A DNA stretch of 64,000 bases from NCBI GenBank assembly GCA_964355955.1, contig CAYHFQ010000004.1:1162-65161 (forward strand), given 5' to 3'. Position numbers and translations under genes: made by a program. Positions 39,362 to 48,677 of this stretch are shown here, piece by piece. Below the pieces are notes generated by a model. The model ran no database searches. It saw only the letters and a program-made list of their open reading frames with translations, and had not been told where the DNA came from. Origin of the DNA: an uncultured Gammaproteobacteria bacterium (lineage in GTDB: Bacteria > Patescibacteriota > Patescibacteriia > UBA9934). Position 1 is the first letter of the stretch. Each line of letters begins with the position of its first letter.

Positions 39362-39431
39362 TAAAAGAGCGCGTCCCGTCGAACAAGGATGCCGACGGTC
39401 GGCGCCTCTTATTTCGCGGAACGCGCGAGCG

Positions 39432-40010
39432 CTATTTTGTCTGCAGATCTTGCATCTTCCTGTGCACGGCCATTCCGAGAAGGCTTAGTTGCAGTGTTTC
39501 GACGGGATCTTCGTCTTTATCTAGCACCTCGTTGCTGGCTGCGATGATCAGGTATTTATCCAACAATGCCAGAGGTTTCTGTACTTGACGTCGATTTATT
39601 GTGGGGGTACTCCCGATGAAGTGCTTGACGATGGTACTCCTGGGAATCCGTTGGCCGTAATAACCATAGAACCAGTTGAGCAGCGCGTAGATCGTCTGAG
39701 CGTTGCGTCGGCTCATCAGGTCTTTGACAATGGCCGTCGCCCTGGCGTCAAATTGCGCGCGCTGTATGCCTTCTGCCAGGCCTAGGATTCGGCCAAGTTG
39801 TTCGGAGGCTGCAACGGATGGTGATGGTACGTCTATACGAGCTCGAAAGAGAGTGACTACTGCTTGGAGGTATTCTTGCATGAATGGTGTCTCGAACGAA
39901 CCTGTGAGCAGGCTACCGATCATTTGTCGTCTTTCTCGATGCGCTACGTCTGTATCTTCCCAGAGCTTATATAGACTCTGGACGAAACTTGGTAGATCTT
40001 GTTCTGTCAC
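39432..40010 (-). CDS. Hypothetical protein
   Basis: 192-aa ORF, convergent with the upstream gene, with no recognised motif. Confidence 0.4.
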   Translation of the reverse strand: MTEQDLPSFVQSLYKLWEDTDVAHRERRQMIGSLLTGSFETPFMQEYLQAVVTLFRARIDVPSPSVAASEQLGRILGLAEGIQRAQFDARATAIVKDLMSRRNAQTIYALLNWFYGYYGQRIPRSTIVKHFIGSTPTINRRQVQKPLALLDKYLIIAASNEVLDKDEDPVETLQLSLLGMAVHRKMQDLQTK

Positions 40011-40141
40011 CTTGACTCCCGTGTCGACGTTGCCCGGTATGGGTAATTGTCGACTAAGAACCTTACAGCGGTAGAATACTTAAGTCAATCAACTCGAATA
40101 TATGCTATACTTTTAGTATTAGATGTCATCAGTATTTTAGT

Positions 40142-40663
40142 ATGGGAGAGATTGTTATCCGTATCCCTTGGAATAAGAAGATAATCAAGCGCGTAGTTAT
40201 TGGCTTGTTGATTGCCTTGCCGATTGTTTATATTTTGGTCATGCATGGTGCGGAGAAATACATTAACGTTATACAGAGAAGTGCGATTTGTGACTTATGT
40301 GAACCAAGTGGAAATAACACCGAGTCTAGCTGGATTGTCACCCTGCGGCATGATTTGCCGTTTGAGAGTAAATATGGCCAGAGATATGAGGTGTGCTTGG
40401 ATCAGATTCATTTAGAGCGAGTCTATGTTCGTAATAGTAGCGGTGGATTTGATTCGAGTAGAGCGTATTTTAATAAGGACGGTGAGGCGATGGGTACTTG
40501 GAGTAGTGATGATACCGGACAGGCTTACCAAAATGGAGAGTATGTCGGTAGCATAATAGACGAAGTAAATCCGGCTAAAGATTTGTTTAGAGAGAGTCTT
40601 TGGAACTGTAAGAGGGTGCCGGCTTGGTTTTTTAATATGAAGGTAGATGTTAGCTCTTCTTGA
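40142..40663 (+). CDS. Hypothetical protein with N-terminal TM anchor
   Basis: VVIGLLIALPIVYILVM, followed by a Cys-containing soluble domain. Confidence 0.4.
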   Translation: MGEIVIRIPWNKKIIKRVVIGLLIALPIVYILVMHGAEKYINVIQRSAICDLCEPSGNNTESSWIVTLRHDLPFESKYGQRYEVCLDQIHLERVYVRNSSGGFDSSRAYFNKDGEAMGTWSSDDTGQAYQNGEYVGSIIDEVNPAKDLFRESLWNCKRVPAWFFNMKVDVSSS

Positions 40664-40675
40664 GACTATTCTGTT

Positions 40676-41317
40676 GTGGTAGGATCATTTTGTATGAATG
40701 ATTTTTTACGCGAGACTATACGGTTTTATAACGATTATGCCGATTCTTTTGAGGAGAAAACAAAGAATAAGCAAAAGCGAGAATGGCTTGATCGATTTGT
40801 AGCGGCCTTGCCAGCAAAAGGCGAAGTTCTTGATTTGGGCTGTGCTTATGGTCGCGACTTGCGAACTTTTGTGGATCTTGGATTGAGTGCAGTAGGAATT
40901 GATGGATCCGAGGTGATGGTTGGCAAGGCACAAGAACTTGTCCCTGAGGCCAAAGTTATGGTCGGCGATGTGCGGAAGTTGCCATTCAATGTTGAACAAT
41001 TTGTTGGAGTTTGGGCGTCGAATATTTTTGTTCATTTGCCAAAGAGCGATATGCCAGCTGCTCTTAAGGGGATTGCAGATTGTCTTGTAACTGATGGCGT
41101 GCTTTACGGGTCGTTATATCTTGGGGACTCGGAAGGCATGGAAGAAGATTCGCGCTACGAAAATGCTGCAAAATATTATTCATATTTTACGGAGGAGGAA
41201 ATTCGTAAGCTCTTAAGCGATGCTGGCTTTGAGATAGTGGCTTTTGAACCGAGGGATAAAGATGAATATGAGAGGGCGGATATTCTTGAGTTTTTGGCGA
41301 AGAAAATGTCGATGTAG
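40676..41317 (+). CDS. Class I SAM-dependent methyltransferase
   Basis: Motif I VLDLGCAYGRDL and motif post-I AVGIDGSEVMV. The first ATG is at 40694. Confidence 0.7.
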   Translation: MVGSFCMNDFLRETIRFYNDYADSFEEKTKNKQKREWLDRFVAALPAKGEVLDLGCAYGRDLRTFVDLGLSAVGIDGSEVMVGKAQELVPEAKVMVGDVRKLPFNVEQFVGVWASNIFVHLPKSDMPAALKGIADCLVTDGVLYGSLYLGDSEGMEEDSRYENAAKYYSYFTEEEIRKLLSDAGFEIVAFEPRDKDEYERADILEFLAKKMSM

Positions 41318-41443
41318 ACGGGTGGTGAAGTATTGACGATGCATGGCGAGGTGAAGATTATCGGCTAGGGTGAAGCTGGACAAAAAGGGGGATTAATGCT
41401 ACAAAACCCCCTTATTCTTGCTTGGGAAGTCCAATAAACCTGT

Positions 41444-42436
41444 ATGAAACGTCAACTATTCGCGGTTTTGTTGAGTGTGATTGTGGTAGTAATGCCAGTG
41501 ACGCAGGCAGAGGCGGCGTCGACGGACGGCCGAATATTGCTGGCGGTTGAGAGCCATGGCGAGACTTGGTATGTTGATCCGGTGACGAGTGAACGTAGTT
41601 TTTTGAATCATGGTGCGGGCTTGGTGGCGGTAATTCCGACTGTAGCGCTTGGTATTAGTAATGCGGATATTTGGCGCATTCCGGTGGGTGTTTTGGTGCC
41701 ACTTAAGGGCGAGGTAGATGCCGACCATGATGGTTTAACGAATCAAATGGAACAGGCTTTGGGTACATATTCTGGGAGCGCCGATACCGATCATGACGGT
41801 TATAGCGACGGTGTTGAATTCAGCAATAACTACACGCCGTTTGGAGCTGGCAAGATTCCCGTCGATACCGCGTTGGTGAATCGCTTGAAAGGTCGCATTC
41901 TCTTGCAGGTGGAGGGTAGAGGTGAAGCCTGGTATTTGAATCCGACTGATGGCAGACGTTACTTTATTGGTAATGCGGATGAGGCTGACCGTTTGATCAC
42001 CATGTTTAGCTTGGGGATTACGAATGCTGACTTGGCGAAGATTGCGGTTAGCGCCGAGTCTGATGTGCCAGGTTGTGAGAGTTCGTGGAGTTTGTTTACG
42101 AGTGAGGAAGTGAGCTTCTGTTACCCAACTGGTGTAGTGGTACAGAGTCGGGGGGATAGCGAATTTGTAAATACAGAAATATTGGTGGCTAAAGCGACTG
42201 GTAATTTAACTACACAAGAAATGGTTAGCATGCCAGAGAGTTACGGCGTGGCTAAAACTTATAATGGAATTGCTGGCGTAGAGTTTACTGACGCAGGCTA
42301 TGGCGCCATAAGTGCTTTTGTTTTCCAGATCGGAGGCAAGACGTATTCCATTGTCGAGGCTAAGCCTTTGTCACAGCGAGAGTTAACGATTACTGAGTGG
42401 CAGCAGATGCTCGGCTCTTTGATTATCTCACAATAA
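41444..42436 (+). CDS. Secreted protein with duplicated module (ILLAVESHGETWYVDP / ILLQVEGRGEAWYLNP) and TSP3-like Asp-rich linker
   Basis: Signal peptide MKRQLFAVLLSVIVVVMPVTQAEA. The internal ~130-aa duplication is linked by DADHDGLTNQ...DTDHDGYSDG. Confidence 0.55.
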   Translation: MKRQLFAVLLSVIVVVMPVTQAEAASTDGRILLAVESHGETWYVDPVTSERSFLNHGAGLVAVIPTVALGISNADIWRIPVGVLVPLKGEVDADHDGLTNQMEQALGTYSGSADTDHDGYSDGVEFSNNYTPFGAGKIPVDTALVNRLKGRILLQVEGRGEAWYLNPTDGRRYFIGNADEADRLITMFSLGITNADLAKIAVSAESDVPGCESSWSLFTSEEVSFCYPTGVVVQSRGDSEFVNTEILVAKATGNLTTQEMVSMPESYGVAKTYNGIAGVEFTDAGYGAISAFVFQIGGKTYSIVEAKPLSQRELTITEWQQMLGSLIISQ

Positions 42437-42458
42437 ATAGAAGTAGTTCGGTTGCGCA

Positions 42459-42486
42459 TAAATCCCTATTAAGTTAGGGATTTTGT
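42459..42486. terminator. Hairpin terminator
   Basis: ATCCCTA-TTAAGT-TAGGGAT followed by TTTGTG. Confidence 0.55.
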
Positions 42487-42521
42487 GTTATAGTGAAGGT
42501 GCCTAACGGCAAGGAGCCAAC

Positions 42522-42929
42522 ATGAATCGAGAACGTGCTAGTCGGCCAGAGTGTGCGGTGTGTGAGGTGATTGATTTTGGAGATTACCATAGTTACGGGC
42601 TTTTTCCGGAACGGGTGTGTACCCTCCGCTTTCGCTATCCACGAGCAGCGCCGCCACGTTGGTTGGTCAGTTTGATCGGGACCGAAGAGGACAGGGGAGA
42701 AGAGGTGACGGAAACACCGAGAAGCCTGTGGAGGGACGACGAAGTGAGCTTTCGAGTAGTTCGTCTGCTGCCTCCGCCGGCAGCTGGCTGGCTGCTCGAG
42801 ACCTGTCAACACGAGGTTTTCAACTGGGGAGCACATGAGCAACGTCTGGTTGTGATGGTGGTTCCGGAAGGGGATCGTCGTAGAGGGATCGTCATGGCTG
42901 AAGCCACCTGGCAGGAGTGCTACAAGTAA
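42522..42929 (+). CDS. Small hypothetical protein in locally GC-rich segment (strand ambiguous)
   Basis: AAGGAG Shine-Dalgarno 6 nt upstream of the ATG. An overlapping antisense ORF runs 42474-42989 on the minus strand. Confidence 0.3.
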   Translation: MNRERASRPECAVCEVIDFGDYHSYGLFPERVCTLRFRYPRAAPPRWLVSLIGTEEDRGEEVTETPRSLWRDDEVSFRVVRLLPPPAAGWLLETCQHEVFNWGAHEQRLVVMVVPEGDRRRGIVMAEATWQECYK

Positions 42930-43022
42930 TGAGGCGTCGTCTTGGCTCGATCTTACCGAAAGGTGAGGTCGAGCTTTACATTTTTTCAAAATCTGTCATA
43001 ATGGCGCGGATAATATACGCCT

Positions 43023-45095
43023 ATGGCTTGTCTCAGCCAAGAAATTTCCATGTTGCGCGGAGTCGGTGCGATTAAGGCGCGCGATTTTGCTAGGTTGGGT
43101 TTAAAGACGCTGGAAGAAGCGTTGTATGACTTTCCTTTTAGGTACGACGACTTGAGCAACGTCTTGGCGATTGCTGAGGTAAAAGCCGGCATGAAAGTGA
43201 CGGTACAGGGTCGGATTAGCACGATTGAGAACCGTAAAAGCACGCAATCACGACGGATGATGGTAACGGAGGCGATCGTGGAAGATGGTAGTGGCACGAT
43301 TAAAGCGACTTGGTTTCACCAAGGTTTTTTGACGAAAGTTTTGAAGCCGGGCGTGATTGTTTCTTTGGCTGGTAAAGTTGATGACCGTTACGGGTTGTCT
43401 TTAGTGAACCCGGCTTACGAGATAGTTGGTAAGTCTTCCACAACCAGTAATACTGGGCGAATTGTGCCGATTTATCGCTTGACTGGTGCATTGACGCAGA
43501 AGGCTCGTCGATTAGTCGCGGAGAAGGCGATCGTGTGCGTGCCGGAGGTGGCCGAATGGATGCCGGAATATATTAAGACGGATTTGCGTTTGCAACCGCT
43601 CGGCGCAGCACTCCGCGAAATGCATTTTCCAGAGTCGACGGAAACTAAGGATAAAGCGATTTATAGGTTGAAGTTTGACGAGTTCTTGTTGCACCAGTTA
43701 TTGCACGCCAAGTCACGTCGCGATTTGCAAAAGCAAAAAGCGCCGAAGATTGCTTTTAACGAACGTGAGGTGAAATCGGCGATTAGTGAACTGCCGTTTA
43801 CGTTGACGGGAGCGCAGAAGAAGGCGGTGTGGGCGATTATTAAGGACATGGACCGCACGGAGCCAATGAACCGTTTACTTGAAGGTGACGTAGGTAGCGG
43901 TAAAACGGCAGTGGCGGCACTCGTGGCTGTAAACGCAGCGGCTGATGGTTGGCAGACTTCCATGTTGGCCCCGACCGAAATTTTGGCTGAACAGCATGCC
44001 AAGACGTTGGAACGCTTGCTGGGGAGTCGCTTAAGGATTGCGCTTTACACGAGGACCAAACGCCGAATTCACGGTAAAGAGGTGACGAAGGAGGAATTGC
44101 TCAAGGCCTTGCGTAACGGCGAGGTTGATTTAGTGGTAGGTACTCATGCTCTGCTCACCGAGCAAGTTTTGTTCTTGCGTTTGGGATTGATTGTGGTCGA
44201 CGAACAGCACAGGTTCGGCGTGAAGCAACGTCAGGCTTTGAAGGACAAACAAGGGGATAAAGATGGTATCCCGCACTTGCTCTCCATGACGGCGACACCG
44301 ATTCCACGTTCATTGGCGTTGGTGGTTTATGGCGATTTGGACCGATCGTTGCTCGACGAATATCCAGCCGGACGTCAGCCGATTGATACGCATATTGTCG
44401 ACGTTGGTCGCGAGAATGAGGCTTATGCGAAGATGCGACTCGACATGGATAATGGCCGACAGGTTTTTGTGGTCTGTCCGTTGATTGAGGAGAGCGATGC
44501 ACTGGGTGTGCAGAGCGTGAATGAAGTATTTAGTAGTTTTAGTGAAGGTCCGTTTGCTGGTTACCGCTTGGCGATGTTGCACGGTAAGCTGAAGACTAAG
44601 GAAAAAGATGGTGTGATGCGCGCGTTTGCAGCTGGGGAGTTTGATATGTTGATTGCGACCACGGTTGTTGAAGTCGGCATTGACGTGCAGAACGCGACCA
44701 TTATGTACGTGGAAGGTGCGGAACGGTTTGGTTTGGCGCAGTTGCACCAGTTGCGTGGTCGAGTAGGACGTGGTGAGCACGGTAGTCATTGTTACTTGCA
44801 TGCCAGTGCAATGCTCTCGCCGATGGCTAAGGAACGTTTGTTGGCGCTTGTGAACAGCCAGGATGGCTTCGAGCTGGCGGAAGCTGACTTGCGCTTGCGT
44901 GGGCCAGGTGATGTGTTCGGTACACGGCAGAGTGGCTTTGAGGAGTTTAAGCTTGGCACGTATGCGGATATTGATGTGATCAGCAAGGCTAAGGATTTTG
45001 CTAAGGAGTTGTTGGACCAAGATATTGATCTCAAACAATATCCAAAACTACGCGAAAGGATGATGGCTTATGCGCAAGAAGTTCACTTTGAATAA
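43023..45095 (+). CDS. recG: ATP-dependent DNA helicase RecG
   Basis: Wedge-domain N-terminus, helicase motif I GDVGSGKTAVAAL, and DEQHRFGV. Confidence 0.9.
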   Translation: MACLSQEISMLRGVGAIKARDFARLGLKTLEEALYDFPFRYDDLSNVLAIAEVKAGMKVTVQGRISTIENRKSTQSRRMMVTEAIVEDGSGTIKATWFHQGFLTKVLKPGVIVSLAGKVDDRYGLSLVNPAYEIVGKSSTTSNTGRIVPIYRLTGALTQKARRLVAEKAIVCVPEVAEWMPEYIKTDLRLQPLGAALREMHFPESTETKDKAIYRLKFDEFLLHQLLHAKSRRDLQKQKAPKIAFNEREVKSAISELPFTLTGAQKKAVWAIIKDMDRTEPMNRLLEGDVGSGKTAVAALVAVNAAADGWQTSMLAPTEILAEQHAKTLERLLGSRLRIALYTRTKRRIHGKEVTKEELLKALRNGEVDLVVGTHALLTEQVLFLRLGLIVVDEQHRFGVKQRQALKDKQGDKDGIPHLLSMTATPIPRSLALVVYGDLDRSLLDEYPAGRQPIDTHIVDVGRENEAYAKMRLDMDNGRQVFVVCPLIEESDALGVQSVNEVFSSFSEGPFAGYRLAMLHGKLKTKEKDGVMRAFAAGEFDMLIATTVVEVGIDVQNATIMYVEGAERFGLAQLHQLRGRVGRGEHGSHCYLHASAMLSPMAKERLLALVNSQDGFELAEADLRLRGPGDVFGTRQSGFEEFKLGTYADIDVISKAKDFAKELLDQDIDLKQYPKLRERMMAYAQEVHFE

Positions 45096-45220
45096 AAAAT
45101 CACCGAGTTGGCCTATTTTCGTCTCACAACTGCACAAATCTTTTTCAACTTAGCACCAACTAAGCTTCAAAATATTTGTTTGTTGTTCAACGAAACTAGT
45201 CTCAACTGGGTGGTTTTTTT
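45096..45220. repeat. Family-2-related MITE-like element, copy E3 (between convergent recG and radA)
   Basis: Ends GAGTTGGCCTATTTTCG ... CGAAACTAGTCTCAACTGGG, flanked by an A-run and a T-run. The interior has diverged. Confidence 0.55.
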
Positions 45221-45228
45221 AAATACAA

Positions 45229-46512
45229 TTATTTACTCAATACTTCGCTAATATTTTTTATTGTTTTGGGGGTGAGGAGAGTGTGACAACCGAGGCGTTC
45301 GGCTTCTTTGAGGCGGCGGTCCAAGAAGGGGACGGAGCGAATTTCACCGCCGAGACCAAGTTCTCCAATGACGACGGCGTCTTTGGGGAGGGCGACGTTT
45401 TTGATGGCGGAAAGAATGGCGGCAGCGACAGCTAGATCCGCGGCCTTCTCCGTAATCTTCATGCCGCCGACGACGTTAACGTAGACGTCCAAGTCGCCAG
45501 TGCGGGCGCCGCAGCGTTTGCTTAAAATGGCGAGGAGCATTTGCAGACGGCTGGCGTCGAAACCGCTGGTACGGCGAACGGGGTTGGCGAAGAGCGACTT
45601 GTCGACGAGGGCCTGAACTTCGAGCAGGAATGGCCGACTACCTTCCATGATGCAGGTAACGACGGAACCGGCGCCGGCGACACGCTCGGCTAAGAACTTG
45701 GCGGAGGGATTCTCCACAGCCATCATGCCGTTCTCGGTCATTTCGAAAACGCCAACTTCGTCTGTGCTGCCAAAACGGTTCTTGGTACTGCGGAGGATGC
45801 GGTAGGAGGAATCAGGGTCGCCTTCGAGCGTGAGGAGGGTGTCGACTAAATGCTCCATGGTTTTGGGGCCAGCAATGCCGCCATCTTTAGTGACTTGGCC
45901 GATGATGAGGACGGGCACGTTGCTGCTTTTGGCGTAGTTGATGAGTTCGCTCGTAGCAGCCCGGACGGCGTTTGGGGTGCCAGGGTAGGCCTCGAGACCG
46001 TCGACCATCATGGTCTGGATGGAGTCGATGATGAGGAGACTTGGTTTTTGAGTTTTGGCGGCCGCTAAAATACTGCCGATTTCTACGGCATTACTGAACA
46101 TGATGGATTCTGGGGGCAGGCCGAGGCGGTTAAAGCGCAAGAGAACTTGACCTTCGGATTCTTCGCCGGAGACGTAGTAAGTGAGACCAGGAATGGCGTG
46201 AGCCAGCTGAGCGACGAGGGTTGATTTACCAATACCAGGTTCGCCAGCGAGCAGAGTGACGGAACCGGCCACGAGGCCACCGGAGAGCACGCGGTCTAGT
46301 TCCGAGAGGCCACTTGGCGTGCGGCTGACTTGAGCCTTGCTGGCCGCGCTCAAGGCGAGGACGGGAGCTGGTTTGGCTTTGGTCGAAGTGAGACTCGGAG
46401 CTTTACCTGGTGCCGTACCGCCTTCTTCGCTTAACGTGCCCCAACCGCCGCATTCGGTGCAACGGCCTTGCCATTTACTGTATTGGTAGTCGCATTTTGA
46501 ACAGGAGAACAT
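45229..46512 (-). CDS. radA: DNA repair protein RadA/Sms
   Basis: N-terminal zinc finger CSKCDYQYSKWQGRCTECGGW, Walker A LLAGEPGIGKST, and a Lon-like C-terminus. Confidence 0.9.
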   Translation of the reverse strand: MFSCSKCDYQYSKWQGRCTECGGWGTLSEEGGTAPGKAPSLTSTKAKPAPVLALSAASKAQVSRTPSGLSELDRVLSGGLVAGSVTLLAGEPGIGKSTLVAQLAHAIPGLTYYVSGEESEGQVLLRFNRLGLPPESIMFSNAVEIGSILAAAKTQKPSLLIIDSIQTMMVDGLEAYPGTPNAVRAATSELINYAKSSNVPVLIIGQVTKDGGIAGPKTMEHLVDTLLTLEGDPDSSYRILRSTKNRFGSTDEVGVFEMTENGMMAVENPSAKFLAERVAGAGSVVTCIMEGSRPFLLEVQALVDKSLFANPVRRTSGFDASRLQMLLAILSKRCGARTGDLDVYVNVVGGMKITEKAADLAVAAAILSAIKNVALPKDAVVIGELGLGGEIRSVPFLDRRLKEAERLGCHTLLTPKTIKNISEVLSK

Positions 46513-46521
46513 AGTGGGGCA

Positions 46522-48021
46522 TTAACCGCAGGTGGTGGTGGGGCACATGGTGGTTGGCTTATTTTTAGGATCTGTAGCGATGTGACAGCAATGGTTTTTA
46601 TAGTCCCAGATAGAACAGGTAGAGTCTGGATTGTTTGTGCCGGTAGTGTGAGAGTTGGTATTAGTGGGACGACAACTTGTTTTGTCGACCTTGACCTTAT
46701 CTAGCTCAAAGTGCCAGGCTTCACTATCTAAGCGACAGAAACCATAGGCAGGATCGGTCATGGTTTTGGCTAGAGCGTCCATTTCCACTACGCTAGCACA
46801 GAAGCTGCCTGAATGGCCACTTTCTGGCCAGATGTCGACGGCAACGTTTGAAGTGTGAGGGCAGTTACTAGTTTTACTGTCAGCAATGAGAGCAGAGAGA
46901 ATTGTGCCGCGGTTGGTGGCGTTGGCGGTGAGTCCAATCAATGCACCTTTGAGGGTGAAGACACGGGGTTTAGAAGAACTACGATTAATGGTTGTTGAGC
47001 CATTCGTGTAGCCACTACCAGTTGGATCACAGGTGCCTGGATTGCAGATGCCGCCGTTAGCTAGACAGTTGTCATAAAAGAGGGACGCCTGTTTGTTAGT
47101 TGTGCGACTGGCGGAAGTGACGCGAATACCGGTGATGCCGAGGCTTGAACGGTAATTATTATAGTAGGCTGTGGCCGCAGAATTTAAGGCAGTCAAGACC
47201 TCGTTACCTATTTGACCATCGTCTCCGGTTTGATTGTTAATATGAGTACCAGTAACAGTGCTCAGACCGCCAGTGTAAGCAGTGCCCGCTGTGCCGCCTT
47301 GATCAAAGTCTTCTTCTGGTTCGTACAACTCAACTCGAGCAACGGATTCGATTTTGAGACTAGCAAAACTTGTGGTGGAAGGATCAATGAGATAGGCCAG
47401 GGTGTAGGCACACATTAGAAGGACCAGGCCGATGACGGCGTTTTTAATACGGTCTTTGGCTTTGGTTATGCCTTTGGGGTTGCCGCGAGCGAGGGTGTAT
47501 TGCAGGCCAGCGACCATGATCATGGTGACAGCTATAATACTACCAGAGACCATGAGGAGTTTGTAGATGGCATTAAGATAGGTAGCGAAGAAATTTACTT
47601 GAGTCTTGCCATTTATTATAGTTGGAGCAGTGAAGACAGCACCAACGTCGACGTTGAGAATAGGGATGACTGGACTTGGTTTTTCTTCGGCGGTTGAGGG
47701 AGGGGCGACGTAGGTGATGGGGCCAGCGACGTAGGTGATGGTAGTGGAGGGTGTGGCTTTGTTGGTGCAAGTAATAGAGTACTGAGTTTCACTAGAATAA
47801 TCTGTAGCGCAACTAGCTTGACAAGCAGTAGAATCGAGAGGCGCACTAAGAGCTACAGCACTCGGTTTAGTACCGCAATAACATTTGTAAGTTGCCGTGT
47901 TGCAAGTAGTGGCTAATTCTTGAGTGATGACGCTTCTGCTAGATTCGTCGCTGGCAGCAAAAACAAAAGTAGCAGGAATGAATAGGGCTAGCAGGAGGCT
48001 AAGTAAGAAAAAGCGACGCAT
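46522..48021 (-). CDS. Secreted Cys-rich protein with pilin-like double hydrophobic hairpin and C-terminal LAS/M15-like peptidase motifs
   Basis: Signal peptide MRRFFLLSLLLALFIPATFVFA. Two helices joined by a basic loop (SIIAVTMIMVAGLQYTLARGNPKGITKAKDRIKNAVIGLVLLMCAYTLAYLI). H-x6-D (HTSNVAVD) and ExxH (EAWHFE). Confidence 0.45.
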   Translation of the reverse strand: MRRFFLLSLLLALFIPATFVFAASDESSRSVITQELATTCNTATYKCYCGTKPSAVALSAPLDSTACQASCATDYSSETQYSITCTNKATPSTTITYVAGPITYVAPPSTAEEKPSPVIPILNVDVGAVFTAPTIINGKTQVNFFATYLNAIYKLLMVSGSIIAVTMIMVAGLQYTLARGNPKGITKAKDRIKNAVIGLVLLMCAYTLAYLIDPSTTSFASLKIESVARVELYEPEEDFDQGGTAGTAYTGGLSTVTGTHINNQTGDDGQIGNEVLTALNSAATAYYNNYRSSLGITGIRVTSASRTTNKQASLFYDNCLANGGICNPGTCDPTGSGYTNGSTTINRSSSKPRVFTLKGALIGLTANATNRGTILSALIADSKTSNCPHTSNVAVDIWPESGHSGSFCASVVEMDALAKTMTDPAYGFCRLDSEAWHFELDKVKVDKTSCRPTNTNSHTTGTNNPDSTCSIWDYKNHCCHIATDPKNKPTTMCPTTTCG

Positions 48022-48027
48022 ACAAGA

Positions 48028-48672
48028 TTAGCGAAGGGCAGCTTTAATAGCAGCATTGATGTCAGACTTTGCTAGAGTGCCGGTGAAGCGGGCACCGTTG
48101 ATGAAGATGGTTGGCGTAGCACTGATTTTGAGAGCAAGGCCTTCTTCGTAAGTGCGTTGGACCAGAGGAAGAGTGTCTTGTTTGGTTAGGCAGTTGGTGA
48201 GAGTCTCGGCTTTGAGGCCAAGTTGGGTGGCGAGGGTGGAATAGAGTTCAGTGCCGAGGCTGCCTTGATTGGCAAAGAGATTGTCGTGGTAAAGGAAGAA
48301 AATCGAAGAGTCTTGCTTAGCGGCACAGCGAGCGGCCATAGCGGCGTTGAGAGCTTCTGGGTGAGCGGAAGTATTAGGCATATCCTTCCAGATGATGCGG
48401 AGGTCGTTCGGGTAGATGTTGCTTAGTTCGGTTAGTGTGGAGTCGACGCTTTTGCAAGATGGGCAAGCGTAATCGCCAAAGTCGACGATGGTGACACGGG
48501 CGGTGGCGGGGCCGAGACTTGGATCCGCGATAGTTACTTCTGGGGCGCTGAGTGTGGGCAATTCGTCCGTGTAGGAGATGTGGTTTTTGGTTTGGATGGA
48601 TAAGAAGAAGAAAGCAAACATGGCAGCGGCCAGAAGTGTGATAGCGATGATTGCGTGCCAAAAATAGCGCAT
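48028..48672 (-). CDS. DsbA-like thiol:disulfide oxidoreductase, membrane-anchored
   Basis: N-terminal TM helix and a CPSC active site (DFGDYACPSCKS). Confidence 0.7.
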   Translation of the reverse strand: MRYFWHAIIAITLLAAAMFAFFFLSIQTKNHISYTDELPTLSAPEVTIADPSLGPATARVTIVDFGDYACPSCKSVDSTLTELSNIYPNDLRIIWKDMPNTSAHPEALNAAMAARCAAKQDSSIFFLYHDNLFANQGSLGTELYSTLATQLGLKAETLTNCLTKQDTLPLVQRTYEEGLALKISATPTIFINGARFTGTLAKSDINAAIKAALR

Positions 48673-48677
48673 ATTTT

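Noticed and set aside
42474-42989. 171-aa minus-strand ORF
   Set aside because: It overlaps a + strand ORF that has a good Shine-Dalgarno. The GC-rich region inflates ORF length on all frames. Both frames are kept in the findings as ambiguous, and neither is a confident gene.
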